From assembly GCA_043228905.1 (NCBI GenBank), contig JBHGNT010000005.1:16616001-16680000 (forward strand): a DNA stretch of 64,000 nucleotides, written 5' to 3'. Below the pieces are notes generated by a model. The model did no database searches, was not told where the DNA came from, and worked only from the letters and a program-made list of their open reading frames with translations. The stretch's first letter is position 1. The number at the start of each line of letters is the position of its first letter. The DNA comes from Azolla caroliniana. Taxonomy: Eukaryota; Plantae; Polypodiophyta. Positions 37,180-50,689 of the stretch are shown piece by piece. The position numbers and the translations under genes are program-made.

Positions 37180-40100
37180 ATGCATTCCTTTCTCTACAGG
37201 CTCAATGCTGTCCTCACCTTCTCTGTGTTGGCCCTCGGCGCCATCTGCTTCTCTGCTTCCATGACTGATATCATCCACACTTCCAATCCAACTGTCGATA
37301 TCAAGGTAAAAAAAAACCCCATTTCCTTCTTCTCCTCTGCTTCTGAAGACTTTTTGATTTTTTTTTCTCATCGATCTAGATTGCTTTGACTACTTCTGTG
37401 TGTATTTTTGTACATGGGTTTCGGATGAATCCGTCAGATCCGAAACCTTGTGGCGCATGTCACGATCTCAAAAAATTTACGGCTTCCATTGTAAATTAGC
37501 TACCTTTTTTTCCTCAACAGTGTTTCTTCTCTGCATAGTGCATTGCGATAACTTTTATGTGTATTTTTCATACATGGATTTCTTATGAACTGTGGCTATA
37601 CTTTCGTAAATTAGACTTTTATTTCTGTTAACATTATCCTTTTAGCTTATTGCAGAGAACATGAAGTAAAGTTTGGGTTTGATAAACGTCACGTCCTTAA
37701 TTTCAGTAAACTGGAATTAGCTTTCTGCATGTTTAAGCATCATTAATTGCTGGAAGATGAAGTAGGATTTGGATTCTGTGTAAGGAACATCTTTTGGAGA
37801 AAGCATCCTGTTTTAGAAGTTTATCTAATCATCACTTAGCATTTACCCTATTGCAGAAAACATAAAATTAGGGTATTGAGTTTGTAATCATCATCCTGCA
37901 GCTTTTTCAGAAATGTGAACCCATCCTTATAATACGCCGAAAAGCTAAAGAATGTGAACATGCTATGTGCAAAAGAATCTCAAAGTGACTATCTAATGAT
38001 TGTCTTGCATCAAGGACATTCTTAATCACTTCTCGAATTGTGGCTTCAGCACACTTGCCATTATTGATTCCCTTCACTTTTCTTGATCTTGTGAGCAGGT
38101 TGTGAAGTTTGAAGGATTACGGAGGACGCATGGAGGGAATGATGAGGTGAATTGATTAATCTGTGTCTCAACTAGTACTTTTTTGAGATAATCATGAAAA
38201 TGTCTGGTGTAACTTTTTCCTGCTGGGATGGGAACTCAAGGCATTATTAGAAAGTGTTCAATATGGAGTCAAGTGGGTATTTTTGTGTTAGATTTACATA
38301 TTGGTTGATTCCATGTCTATTAGACTTCTCTATGGTTGCTTCAATTTCTATGTTAAATGAGGTTTCTATTCTTTTCTAGCTTATATTTGAGTTAAAAAAC
38401 AGTGATACTTATCCACCATGACGATTGATGATTGTCATTTACTCTATAAAGGTAGAGCATATGTCCTGAAAGATAGGGTATTGCAATGTAAAGAATCCTG
38501 TGAGTCCTAAGAGGCAGCATTCAGGAGTTGACAAGACTATATATCTTATTTGAAAGAACATATACAGGTTCAGAATCTAACAATCAAGATGTTATAATAA
38601 ATAGTAATAAAAGGCAAGTTGAAAGATTAAGAACAAAAGGGATTACTTCATTCGCATGAAATTACTGGAGAGGAATGGAATATTATGTCCATGCATTTTG
38701 TTGGATTACATAAAACATAAATGCACAACCATTATTTGGGTAAATGCTAAATTAGATTAACCAATTTATCAGGATCATGATTGATGATAACACATCATGA
38801 TTGGCAAGGTCGTTTATTGGAAATGCATATCCATTAATGGTCTATTGGAAAATATAGCAACTGATAGGAATGTAAAGCTAGTAGTCATTTCTGAAGGGAG
38901 TATTCAGGAGGTTAGATGCCAAACATACCATCAATAGTGTCAAATCCTAAGATTAGTTGTGAGCAAGAAGGCAAACTAAATAGGGAAGCATATGTATCCA
39001 GAGAAAAGTTTGCATATAACAACAATCTTCCAATAAGATGCAATCCATTTATGCAACTGTTTCAGGGTTAACCATTGGGTACTTTTACAGTTGATCTGCA
39101 AAAGGAAAATCTTTTAGATACAAAGGATTGATTTCCTGGATATTTCTGAAGGGGAGTAATCAGGAGGTTAGATGCTAAATATACCATCAATACAGTGTCA
39201 AATCCTAAGATTAGTTGTGAGCAAGATGGCAAACTAAATAGGGAAGCATATGTATCCAGAGAAAAGTTTGCATATAACAACACTATTCCAATTAGATGCA
39301 ATCCATTTATACAACTGTTTCAGGGTTAATCGTTGGGTACCGTTTACCGTTGATCTGCAAAAGGAAATTTTTTTAGCTACAAAGGATTGATGTCGTAGAT
39401 ATTTCTACCATAAGGCATACAAAGAAAACATCTACTGATTAGGTTAATCTACGATGATGTAGATTTATCTTCGAAGGAGGCACACAATCTTCCTTAGGAA
39501 TGCCTGAACTATATAAAGAAACCATTTATAAGGGACAATTGTTACATAACATTGAAGTACATAGTTTAGTAGTATGGAAAGCACATGCTTTCATGATCAT
39601 TAACATTCAGCTTGGGCCACATTGTTTGGATTCATATTGTTCATTATCGTATTGCATTTTCTATATATTAAAATTTAGAAATTTGTATGATCATAAGGTT
39701 TATTCCACAGCATTTGTTGTCTGGAGGGAGGTTGTACAGTGTATCATGGCTCTATTTTGAATCTTTCGGTAAGTGTTTGGGGGAATATTCTTTCCTAATC
39801 AGCTGAGTCCCATGCATTATAAGAGGGTCCCACTGCATTTGTTATCTGGAGGGAGGTTGTACAGTGTATTATGGCTCTATTTTGAAGCTTTGGATAAGTG
39901 TTTGGAAACATTTTCTTTCCTAATCAGCTGAGTCTCATGCATTATAATTTATAAGAGGACCTCACAGCATTTGTAATGTGGAGGGAGGTTGTACAGTTTA
40001 TTATGGCTCTATTTGGAAGCTTCGGATAAGTGTTTGGGAAAATTTTCTTTCCTAATCAGCCAAGTCTCATGCATTATAAGAGGATACCGCAAAGATAGGA

Positions 40101-40865
40101 AAGTAACAGAACAGTATATAGATTGCTATCTGATTTTGTTCCCAAATTATCTTTAAAATCAGGTAGGAGTCTACTAGAGCAACGCACAAGTGTTGAAGTT
40201 TAACACACTACTGTTTGATAAAAAAATTCCATTTTTTTTGCCAGACTCGGATGTTACTAAATATATCGGCAGATTTGACGTCTTTGTTTACATGGAACAC
40301 AAAACAGGTGCTCAAATGTATCCATGCATAAAAATATTCAAGTCCCTTTCATAAATCCTTTTCTGTTTTGAATGGATGTGTTATTGTAATACTCATTTTC
40401 CACTACACAGCTTTTTGTGTTCGTGGCTGCTGAATATGTAACTCCCAAGAATTCATGGAATCAGGTAAGGATAATCTTTTAAATCGCTGCTGTCGCTTTC
40501 ATTTGATTTCAAGACAGTCCTCCCTGATGCTTTTGTATTGAAACAGATTTCATTGTGGGATAGCATCGTCACATCAAAAAAGGATGCAAAATTTAAGCTT
40601 CTCACTTACAACAAATATTCAATGATTGATCAAGTAGTGCTTTGAGGCTGTGGATTTGCAACGTTATTACTTCATTCTTTTCTTATTAAAGAGTATATAT
40701 ATATTTCTTACATTTGACACCAATATTTGTTTTTCTTAGGGAAATGATTTACGAGGTGCAGAGTTCAATCTTACAATGTATTGGCATGTCATGCCAAAAA
40801 CGGGGAGGATGTTTGAGGGGAAGAGTTCTCTTGCCGGATTCCAGTTTCCGAGTACCTATTTTTAA
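37180..40865 (+). CDS. SPCS3: Signal peptidase complex subunit 3 (SPC22/23), 167 aa
   Basis: Six GT-AG exons: 37180-37305, 38099-38146, 40245-40307, 40411-40464, 40547-40633, 40740-40865. Protein MHSFLYRLNAVLTF...[29 protein letters not shown]...IDQGNDLRG..LTMYWHVMPKTG. Confidence 0.95.
38888..39405. repeat. about 254-bp tandem duplication in SPCS3 intron 2
   Basis: ATTTCTGAAGGGAGTA..CAGGAGGTTAGATGC starts at about 38888 and again at about 39142; copies highly similar. Confidence 0.9.
39706..40082. repeat. about 125-bp tandem triplication in SPCS3 intron 2
   Basis: GGAGGGAGGTTGTACAGT..ATGGCTCTATTT..TTTCCTAATCAGC..CATGCATTATAA occurs three times. Confidence 0.9.
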
Positions 40866-42049
40866 TAGATAGCAAAGGTTAGGTCAATGATCAATTATAT
40901 ATCTAGAAATATATGGACACTAGCATATTACCTCAAAGTTTGGGAATTCATGCTCATACCATGTTTCATCGACAACAAGTTGCTAATATCGCCATCTGAA
41001 CTAAATTGTCTCAAGTAGAGATTTCTTTTTCCAGTTTTGTATTACAATCGGGGTTAAGATATTGAGCGAGTTTAGCATTTAGAAAGCGAGTGTGTTAGAG
41101 AAAAAAGATTCGTCATAGCAAATTTATCTACCACTGCCATCATTCCTTTATCACTAGTTTGTATATGGAGCCATACCATGTGCAACACTTCACAAGTTTC
41201 ACCACTGTTTGTATTTTGTTGATACACAATCATATCAGCATTTTTTGTTAATCATGATTGTCCTTTTCTTAGAAGGAACTTATAATGAGCAATAGATGGA
41301 GACTTCTGTTTAAAAAACATATATTATCATATGGATTAGCTTTGAACAAATTCTAATCCTTTAAAATAAATAGGTGTATGTATTGAATCTCAAATATATA
41401 TTGAGCTTTGTTGTCTTTCATTACTATAATGTAGCTCCAAACATTCTTATCATTCTTAAAATATTTTTTTATTATTATGACATGATTGTTGTATAACGTA
41501 GAAAGCTTATACGATTAAAAATATAGGCCCCAAGTAGAAAGCAATAGAACTGGTTGACCAGCATTTGGTTGGATTGAAGATCCTACTAGGTCAATTAAGG
41601 TCCAAACATTCTTATCATTCTCAAATTATTATGACATGATTGTTGTATAATTTGATTAAAGCAATGCCTGTTAACTATTCTCTCATATAATTGAATCCAT
41701 CTGAAATCTTTTTTGCCTCTATCCATTTACTCATATACATAGTGGATCCAAAATCTTATTATGGTTCAAAGTTGTTCAATCATCAAGTTATTTAGTGGGA
41801 CTAGATTTGTAATTGATAAATGAACTTCCATGAGAGATTCTTAGAAAGGCTTGACTCTATTGAATGTGAGTTGATGAGAATATAGAGGCGCCAAATGTCT
41901 CTTATTAGTGAAGATCCACAACCAAACATCATTAGAGCAAGGCACCTTCAACCCCTTTTGAAACATTTGAGGAGATCCCAAGAGGGAAGAATACAAGACA
42001 AACTCTAAGTAAGAACAGTATACCTACATTCCCCAAGTTCAATCTGACC

Positions 42050-43679
42050 TCCGGAATTTGTTGCACATCTTTCAACACAAGTTAGCACCCGGTTGAAGTT
42101 AACAAGCACACAGCTCCAATACTGACAATTCGGCATGCTCCTTCATTTCCCATCTTCACAAGACTGTGGTCTTCGATTGTGTATGATGAGAAGTATTTTC
42201 AATCGGGGGTAAAGTGGAACGACACTCCAAAGTCAATCACCCACGTGGTTTCATCGTTGACAAGGTGCACTTCATTCTACTCACTGATCAGTAGCAATTC
42301 TTCCTCACTTGTCGCGATAGTTGAGGTGCTTTTCTATCTGAAATCTTCTTTGGCTCCGCACCATTAGCTCCCCCTTTCTCTTTTTGGAAGTGTCAACAAT
42401 TCTTCTGGAAGTGTTGGCAATTCTTCTGGAAGTGCCCAGGCTTCCCACGATAGAAGTAGGTAGGCCTCCCCCTAAACTTCGACCTCGTCCACGACTTTTC
42501 CCGGTTCTAGGGACTTCTATTCTAGCCTCTTCCCCAGTTCATGTCGCCTTCTGTGACTAAGGCCTTCGGGTCGGTTACAGATTCTCTGTCTTTCCAGCGA
42601 GCTTCCTCATTTAGCAAGCTCGACTTCACTATCTCTAGGGATAGATGTTTCCCGTCTGGTCCGGCATTGCCCAAAGTGACAATGAACGTCTCCCAACTGT
42701 CCAGAAGGGATCCTAGCAACAATAGCGCTAATACCTCGTCAACAAGAAGTACTTCTAGAGAGGTGGTTTGGTTGATCAATCCTTGGAAGGCATTCAGATG
42801 CTCTACCATGTTGGAACCATCGTGATACCAAAGTCTCAGAATCTTCCGAAATACTGAGACTCTATTGACAACATTTTTGTTCTCGAACATAATGTCGATC
42901 TTCTCCTAGAGGACATCCACCTTGGTCTCTTCGTTGAAGTTGTTATATAGACTCATGTCTATAAAACATCTAATGTAAGTTGCTGCCTTCAGATGCATGA
43001 CTTCCCAAGTCGATGAATCAATCTTGTCAGGCTTGGTCTTACAGTATTGCACTGGCAACCATAAGTCTTTGTACACCAACATGTCTCGCATCTTCGACTT
43101 CCACATAGAGTAGTTGGAGTCGGTTAACTTGAACATTCCTCTGAGATGTCCATCCATCGTTCTGATGCCAATTTGTGAGGATCCAATCGGCTACAACCAG
43201 TTCGCACTAATGCATATGTGGGTGCAAAGATCAAAATAACAGAGAACATAATACGAAAGACTTAAGTACAGAGACATAGATATTTTACATGGAAAAATCT
43301 AAAAGGGAAAAACCACAGGAGGCCACAAACTCCAAACAATATTATTATGGTAGAAGGAAAAATACACAAGAGACTCTCAAGCAACAACCTTGAGCTCCTC
43401 TTTGTCAGACGACGGTTACAACAAAGTTATAACGCTCTCCTACTCTTAGTTACATAGGCCTCTCCATGTAATGAGTTGCCCTAGTTGTATTTATACTATT
43501 ACAACTTTAAGGCTATTTACAAATTTGGCCCAAAATTAGTGCGACAAAACCTATTTACAAATATGGCCATTTCTGGATACTGATCCGGATACTGGTTCAG
43601 ATCCGGTCTTTCTTCTTCCTCGAATCCAACTGATCCGGCTTGTGCTCGCTTCCCATCCGGAGGGACCTGTTTCACAACA
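42050..43679 (-). mobile_element. Ty1/copia family X, 5' half: LTR 43174-43679, PBS, degenerate gag-protease
   Basis: PBS TGGCATCAGA; gag begins almost immediately (MFKLTDSNYSMWKSKMRDML); zinc knuckle remnant; protease WVIDFGVSFHFTP. Confidence 0.88.
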
Positions 43680-44190
43680 TAGAGTAAACTATCAATTAGC
43701 CGTGTTTATGTTATACTATGGGATTGTTAGCATTTCTGGCCATTGTTTTGGTGTGTAGATGGACCTTGGATGCCCAAATCTTTTTATTTTTTAATACAGT
43801 GTGAAAAGGGGTCACACTTAGATGTATTTACACATCTATACTCACTTTTGAAAGTGAGATAAAGGGGGGGAATGGGTATTTTTCTATTGCAGAAAAGAAA
43901 AGCGGGTATTGTAGACATTATACTCTCCTTCTTGGTCTGCTCCATCAACACTATTGTGTACACGATTGAATGCCAACATTTCAATAATGGCCCCCATAAC
44001 CATGTGTTGTGAGTCTTTGGTGGTTGTTTTTGTGTCTTGTTAGTTGGGTTTAGTTGTTAGAGGAAATATGACATTCCTTTTTACATAGTGTGTAGGATCT
44101 ATGTATCGACGGAGTTAATCTCTCCTTGATGTCATTTGCAGGGCTCGGACCGGCCTATACTCTTTTGATGGCGAATCAAGCAAAGATGGT

Positions 44191-44522
44191 TGTTGAACAC
44201 CTTTGAGCCTCACACTCACTTAACAATTAAAAGATGCTTAAGAACAATATCTCTCCTCACTCACTCTCATAGACAATAGAAGCAACGAATATCTTTATTA
44301 CCCGTCTTACTAAGAGTTCTAGTGTCACGAACCATGGCATCTAGCACCAACAAGGAAGAGAGATTAGTGTTTCTCTACTAAACACTATTAGTAATGTCTC
44401 GTAAGTTTAAAGATTATACGAAGAGAAGAGAGGAAGCTTGAGCTTACAAATGGAAGAACCCTTACAAAGACTCCATAGTGTGGTTTATATAGGTTTTACG
44501 TTTAGGGTCTGGCCCTTTCACA
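44191..44522 (-). mobile_element. Probable solo LTR
   Basis: TGTTG...TTCACA ends; minus-strand TATA near 44487. No clean TSD. Confidence 0.45.
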
Positions 44523-45836
44523 TTTGGCTACCTATTGGCTTCCTTTTCCCTTGATTGTTTCCTACTACTTCCTCTTTGTAGTTCCTTTCGCCGTACAACG
44601 TCCTTGTTAATGCGCCCTTCTTCACAACCGATCATGATGCAATCCAAGTGCTTAACACATAGTACTCTAACTTGTTTATAGTAGAACTTTGGTGTACAAG
44701 TTTTACTTTGATAATGAATTATTTCTAGACTAGGTTCCGTGGTTTTTACCTTCTTGAGGGTTATCCACGTTAAAAATGTATCGTGCATAGTTTTCATTGT
44801 GTATCTTGTTGTTTTCTTTGAATAATTTTGCACAACGTAATCTTTGTCTCAAATAAGTGATAACGTGCTATTGAGATTCTAATCAAGTGGTATTGGAGTA
44901 GGATTTTAGCACTTTCTTATGGAGGCAAATTTTACCACAATGGTTTCCTTGAATGGCACAAACTATCACAAATGGAAATGTACGATGAAAGATCTTCTTT
45001 TTGTTAAAAATCTACACTTCCTTGTTTTTGCAACGACTAAACTTGCGAGCAAAACCACCGAGGAATGGTTTTTTGAGAACCAATAGATATGTGGTTTTAT
45101 ATCCGACAATGGATAGTAGATAATGTCGTAAACCATGTTGTGAATGAAATAGATGTCGAAGTTCTATGGAACAAACTCAAAACATTTATGCATCTAAGAT
45201 AGGTAACAATAAATTGTTTTTGCGTAAACAAGTGATGCATTTAGTGTATAAAGAAGGTAATTCCATCTCTAATCACTTAAATGAATTTCAAGGATGTTTT
45301 GACAACTTTTTGGTATGGGAGTAAAATTGGATGATGAAATTCTTGCACTTTGGTTGTGAAACACCCTTCCTAATTCATGGGAAACTTTTAGGGTATATTT
45401 TCCTAATGCAACCTCGAACGGAATTGTGATTATGGAGTATGCAAAGAGCGGTGTGCTAAATGAAGAGATGTGATGAAGGACACAAGGGACATCACCACAT
45501 TCAGAGGTCTTGATGGTTGACAAATGGAGTAAGCATACAAGCCAAGGTCAAAACAACCGAGGGAGGAGTAGGAGTAAATCAAAGCCCAAGTATAAAAGAT
45601 TTAGAATGTCATTTTTGAGGTATAGTTTCAAATGGAAAAATGAAAACCACACATCTGGTGTTAAGCATGAGAAGAAAGGTAATGATGATAATTCTACTTG
45701 TGTTAATAAAACTTCCTCAGATGATTTGCTCGTTGTTTATGATGAAAACCTAATTAATCTTTCTTACAATGAAAGTAATTGGGTTGTTGATAGTGGGACA
45801 TCGTTCCATGTCACATCAATGAGGATCACACTTTGA
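44523..45836 (+). mobile_element. Ty1/copia 5' fragment (LTR to 44885, PBS, degenerate gag-protease)
   Basis: ...AATCA then TGGTATTGGAG; gag MVSLNGTNYHKWK..MKDLLF; TLPNSWETF; protease WVVDSGTSFHVT. Confidence 0.82.
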
Positions 45837-46062
45837 TACAATGCTCTACCTTTGATCATATTTGTCCATGCTTTCCACATATCTTCAGCCAAACCCAATA
45901 TTTGTACGAAATCCTCGCACAACCACAATGGGCACTCTCGATTACAACATTCATTGCTAAAGTTCTTGAACATCGAGAGTTGCCGCCACTTTCACATGTA
46001 TTATGTGAAATGCAATATTTTTGGTCTCATAAGTCATATTTGACCTCCCAAGATGATAATAG

Positions 46063-46064
<2 letters not shown>

Positions 46065-46130
<66 letters not shown>
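46065..46130. repeat. (CT)n microsatellite
   Basis: Pure CT run. Confidence 0.95.
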
Positions 46131-46134
<4 letters not shown>

Positions 46135-49100
46135 TTTGTTTGGGTGAAAACATACAATTATATTAATAAATGTTAGTAAAAACACTACAATAGTACCACA
46201 ACATGGGTAATGGGACATGTTGAATTGCCAATAGGTAAGGTGAACACTCCACTAATGTAAGAATTTTGATTTGCTCTGATAAACAAAACTTCCACACCAA
46301 TATTCCATCAGCTTTTAGAGATATGCTCTAAGTCCATGTCTTGATGAAACTTTGTTTTACCCACCCTTTTGAATTCTAACATCTTTAGGTTATTCAATAA
46401 GTTATTCTCATATATGTGAACACTTTAAATGTCTAAAGGCCCTCATAGGTCATAAAGAGATAAGACCTTGTCCAAAACATAGTAAGCTACAAAGTAACAA
46501 TTTAAGATGGAGAGTAAATAAGTTACAATTTGTAAAGCATGATGGTAGGTAGAAAATAAGGTCACATTCTCAAAATATTAGATAGCTCTAATAAAATTTG
46601 TGTGTGTGTGTGTGTGCGCATGTGCATGTTTGTGATGTAGTTTCTGGGTTCATGAAATATATCATACACACACACACACTCTCTCTCTATCTAACAAACA
46701 ATTTACTTAAGTCATTGTAGAATATTACTAATAAATTTTCATTTTGAAGAATAAATACAATTTGCTATCATTAATGAGACTTGAAGCAAGTAGAGATTTT
46801 ACAGTATATGAATCTCTCTTTTTCTCGTATGGCTTCATAAGCTGTAATTTTCAAAAGGCCTTCTAAGATAAAGTATCATTTATTCCGAGGTTTCGCGTGC
46901 AAGTATTATCCTCATACTAAAGAAAAAGGAGACCTTTATTACATATGAAATGTCCACTAATTTAAAAACTTCAATTAAGGCAAGAAGCGAGAGTACCCTG
47001 TCAAATCTTGACAAGGCTTTAAATGTTACTTAATAAGTTTTGGTCCATCGATTTGCACGATTTCTCGAATTATTAAGACACAAATAGGAGCTATAGAAGA
47101 CCGTAAGGCTTAAGTCTCTCGAATAAGATTGGTCCTTTTTACGATGGTTTGCGAACTACGAATATCTTTTTTTCGAAGTTTATTGCAAGCACTAAGTATT
47201 GTCATGGTTTCTAGATAACATAGTCCATTTTCTCGTCGTTTTTCATTGGTGACATGAGGGATTTTGCATAGAACCCTTTGACGTCCGTAAAGTAAAAGAA
47301 TTCAATAAAGAGAGAAATGAGTACCAATGTTGAATGCTCATTAAGAGGATGATGAGGGGGTGGTGTCAATTATTAATCAACTTATAAGAAGCATAAATTT
47401 ATTTGAATAGCTTGACCTTGCACGACAAAGTGTCATTAATGATCCATAAAGTGAAAAAAACAATGAAGAGAATAATGTGTTCAATGTTTATTACAAGATT
47501 AATGACTACGAAGGTTTCGGTTACTAAACGGCAGATAAGAACAATGAAATGTTTCATCAAGGTACTATCAAACAATTCAATTTCATGGGCAACGGTGTTC
47601 AATTGATTTTAGTTTTATGTATTTCTACGAAGATCATGAAGATAGGATTGTTTTTCAAGGAAACACAACTTGTTAGTAGTCGAGAACATTAAATTGGATG
47701 AAGATGGCTATAAATTCGACTACTGAGAGGTGAGTTAGACTCTCTTGTCAATGTTTGAGCCTTCCATCAACTTAAAATTAGTGTGTCTCTTCCTTGAACA
47801 CGCCTAGATAGCTAGATTCTTGTGCAAGGTTTGTGTCCTCCATCCTTCTTTCATCTGATAATTATGTCCCACTAAGGCCACATCTCCAACAAAATAAGAA
47901 GTTTATGGTTGTTTGCAATGGTCCTGAATAGAACTCATCTCATAAGTTATTTTGACATGAACAATTTCCCCTTTGACCAGAACATAAGTTCATCTCCTTG
48001 TTGAATGCCCAACAATCAATTGATGAATATTAAAAACAAATACTCACATGCAACAACTGTGATAGATTTTATAGGTCATGTTCGATCGTTGTCACTACAG
48101 GAAAAGGCAACTAGAGATTGGAACCTTTGAAGGAACAAGGAGGCAAGAAGACAATAGAAAGGATTGATACAATAGTGAGTGAGTACAATAGATTCAATAG
48201 AGCTTGGCAGAAGGACATTACATCTATGACAAACATCAAAGCTAATGCCTTCACACGTGCACGTGAACGCCAACAACATATGCTTAGGAACTTATAAAGA
48301 GAGAGGCTTCCATAACTCTCTGGCCTCCTTTCTATGTCTTCTCTTTTAATGGCTCATTAGTGTTTCAATTTGATGAGTCTTAGAAGGGAGAACACACATA
48401 CATGTATATAACATAAATGGTGAGTAACCGAGGTGGAACTACCAGCCCCCACGCTGGCTGTTTCTGACTCACTTACCACCCTCAGGAGTTGTCTCGTACT
48501 AGCCATCACCGAAGGGCACCGTTTTTAGCTTGGGTACTTACATTAAGTATTCAGTCCGAATGGCGATGTAACTAGTCTCATTTTCTTGAACTTGATTGGA
48601 GGGAGATTCCCCGATCTATGTATAAGCCTCCTTGTACAATCTCTTTGTAATAATCCTTCCTAACTAATGGGAAAGTAACTTCATTTTGGAAATAAAAAAA
48701 CCAACCAAGGCTTCAAATTTCAATGTATGTATCAGTATGTATGCATCTAACTTGTAAGTATATATAGTTTTGGGTAGTACTACACATGATTTGCTGGAAT
48801 GTCCATTGATTGACTCAAATTCTGAGAGGAAGGAAGAGAAAAATTCTGGTCCATGGATTTGCCAAATCTCTGTTTCTCTCTCTCTGTCTCAGTCTGCTTT
48901 AGAGACATTATTATTATTGAAAATAATACACTCTGTTCTTCTTCTTCTTCTTCTTCTTCTTCTTCTTCTGCTGCAGCATTTAAAGCCCACATATATATAT
49001 GTAATAGCTTTTTAATGGCCTCTCGGTATTTATTTCTGAGAATTGGAAAGCATTTGGTTCAAGGCTTTTTATTTAATGTGTGTTTTCTTTACATATATGT

Positions 49101-49297
49101 ATATATGTACATATGTATGTATTGTAATTTGTGACTTGTCTTGCAGTTGCAGTGGACGTCCTTTTCATCCTTCCTTAGTCTCTGTTAATTCAGAAAGCAT
49201 CGCCATCACACATGAATGAATGAATGCGTGAATACCCCACCCATCTTTCCACCTCATAAAAGCAAACCTATTTCAAATCCCTTCCTTCCTTCCTTTC

Positions 49298-50689
49298 ATG
49301 GTTTCTATGAAAAAGCATCTTAACACACACAAACACACACACATATATATAGACCCATTTCAGGTGCTACTTCCTCCATTGCTTCTTCACCATATTTTGT
49401 TTTCTTGTAGCAGAGACAGAGCACATCATATGGAAATCATCCTTGTGAAGGACTTGAATACTAATCAATGCTTCAAACAATCCTTTATCTTCTCTTGTAA
49501 TAATCAGTTGTTCCATCCTCACCCTCATCATTATCAATGTAATTGTGATCAGGATGAGCTGAATCTCTTCTTGGAAGGCCCAACCTTGGCATCTGCATGG
49601 GAATACCGCCACCAGATAAGGCCACCCAAGGATTCATCATATCTACCGGAGATCCATGAGTTTAAATTCAGCATACCTTTCTCCGAAGAAATGAGCGATT
49701 GTTCGAAAATGGGAGCCCTCGGAAGAAGTGAGCAAGCTCGACCCGTTGGGTTGGGTTATGCGGTAGACCATAATGCACCTTCTAAGGATCATATATGGGC
49801 TCTAGGTATGGAGCGGTTCAAAGCACGGCCTAATGTCCTAATCTCTACAGAGGACTGCAATGGTTCTCACCCCCAAGAACATGTCTGTGTACAAGAGGCT
49901 TGTGCTTCCAAATCATTCATCACTAAGGGAGAGGAGTTGGGAAATACGGTTATAGATGCCAAACATGTTACAAATGGCACAAAGTTTGAGCTGGGTTCAG
50001 GTAAATCACCATCACCATCATGCAAGAGAAAGTGTGGTGTCAGATTAAGCAATCCTGGAGAGAAGCTGAGAGGAGGACACCATAGATTTCTCATAAGGAG
50101 GAAAGGAGGCCTATGCAATGATACCGGAAATCCGAGCGCATTCTATGAATCTCCATCATTCCGCAAGAGAAAATGTGGTGCACGATTAAGAGATGATGGG
50201 GAAGGACGTTCTAAATTTGTCATGAGTCGGGAAGGAAGCTCAGCTCAGCTCATGAAGTATGTGGCAAGGCTTAAGTCCTTGTTTTCACTCAAAAAGCATC
50301 ATGAAATACCAAGAAATCCTCTGTTTTCCATTTCACCTGAAGCAGACAATGTTGATGAGGATCATCCCACGCCGTCCATTGGAGCATGCTCTCTAGCCTC
50401 TTCATCATCCTCATCTTTCTCAAGTTCTTCTCATAAAATCAAGCAAATACCACTGATGTTTGATCAGACCTTGTTCCGTACAGCATCAAGCAAGAAAAAA
50501 CATTCCTTCAAATCCCCGAGCAGATATCAAAAAAGAGATGAAGCACAGATTCAACGAGGTCTGAATGCTGGGTCCTCATACATCGATGTTGAGGACTCCA
50601 TCAGAGGAGCCATTGAACATTGCAACAAGTCTTCCTCTACCCAAACAGGTAAATTCCTCATTTGGGTAACCCTTAAATCCTTTGGGTAG
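49298..50689 (+). CDS. MAKR/BKI1-family membrane-associated kinase regulator-like protein (likely start ATG 49430)
   Basis: 463-codon ORF. EFKF motif (cf. MAKR EFEF), LMKYVARLKSLF (cf. KYLKKVKPLY), Ser-rich and basic linker, C-terminal DVEDSIRGAIEHCNKS (cf. BKI1/MAKR AIQAAIAHCK). A possible donor at 50649 could alter the last residues. Confidence 0.75.
   Translation: MVSMKKHLNTHKHTHIYIDPFQVLLPPLLLHHILFSCSRDRAHHMEIILVKDLNTNQCFKQSFIFSCNNQLFHPHPHHYQCNCDQDELNLFLEGPTLASAWEYRHQIRPPKDSSYLPEIHEFKFSIPFSEEMSDCSKMGALGRSEQARPVGLGYAVDHNAPSKDHIWALGMERFKARPNVLISTEDCNGSHPQEHVCVQEACASKSFITKGEELGNTVIDAKHVTNGTKFELGSGKSPSPSCKRKCGVRLSNPGEKLRGGHHRFLIRRKGGLCNDTGNPSAFYESPSFRKRKCGARLRDDGEGRSKFVMSREGSSAQLMKYVARLKSLFSLKKHHEIPRNPLFSISPEADNVDEDHPTPSIGACSLASSSSSSFSSSSHKIKQIPLMFDQTLFRTASSKKKHSFKSPSRYQKRDEAQIQRGLNAGSSYIDVEDSIRGAIEHCNKSSSTQTGKFLIWVTLKSFG

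Noticed and set aside
39706-40082. Regularly spaced repeats resembling a CRISPR array
   Set aside because: Whole units are repeated with no unique spacers; eukaryotic intron; no cas genes.
46900-48720. Possible TE remnants and a small hairpin (CCAGC-CCCAC-GCTGG near 48442)
   Set aside because: No diagnostic motifs, termini or 5S/tRNA similarity seen.
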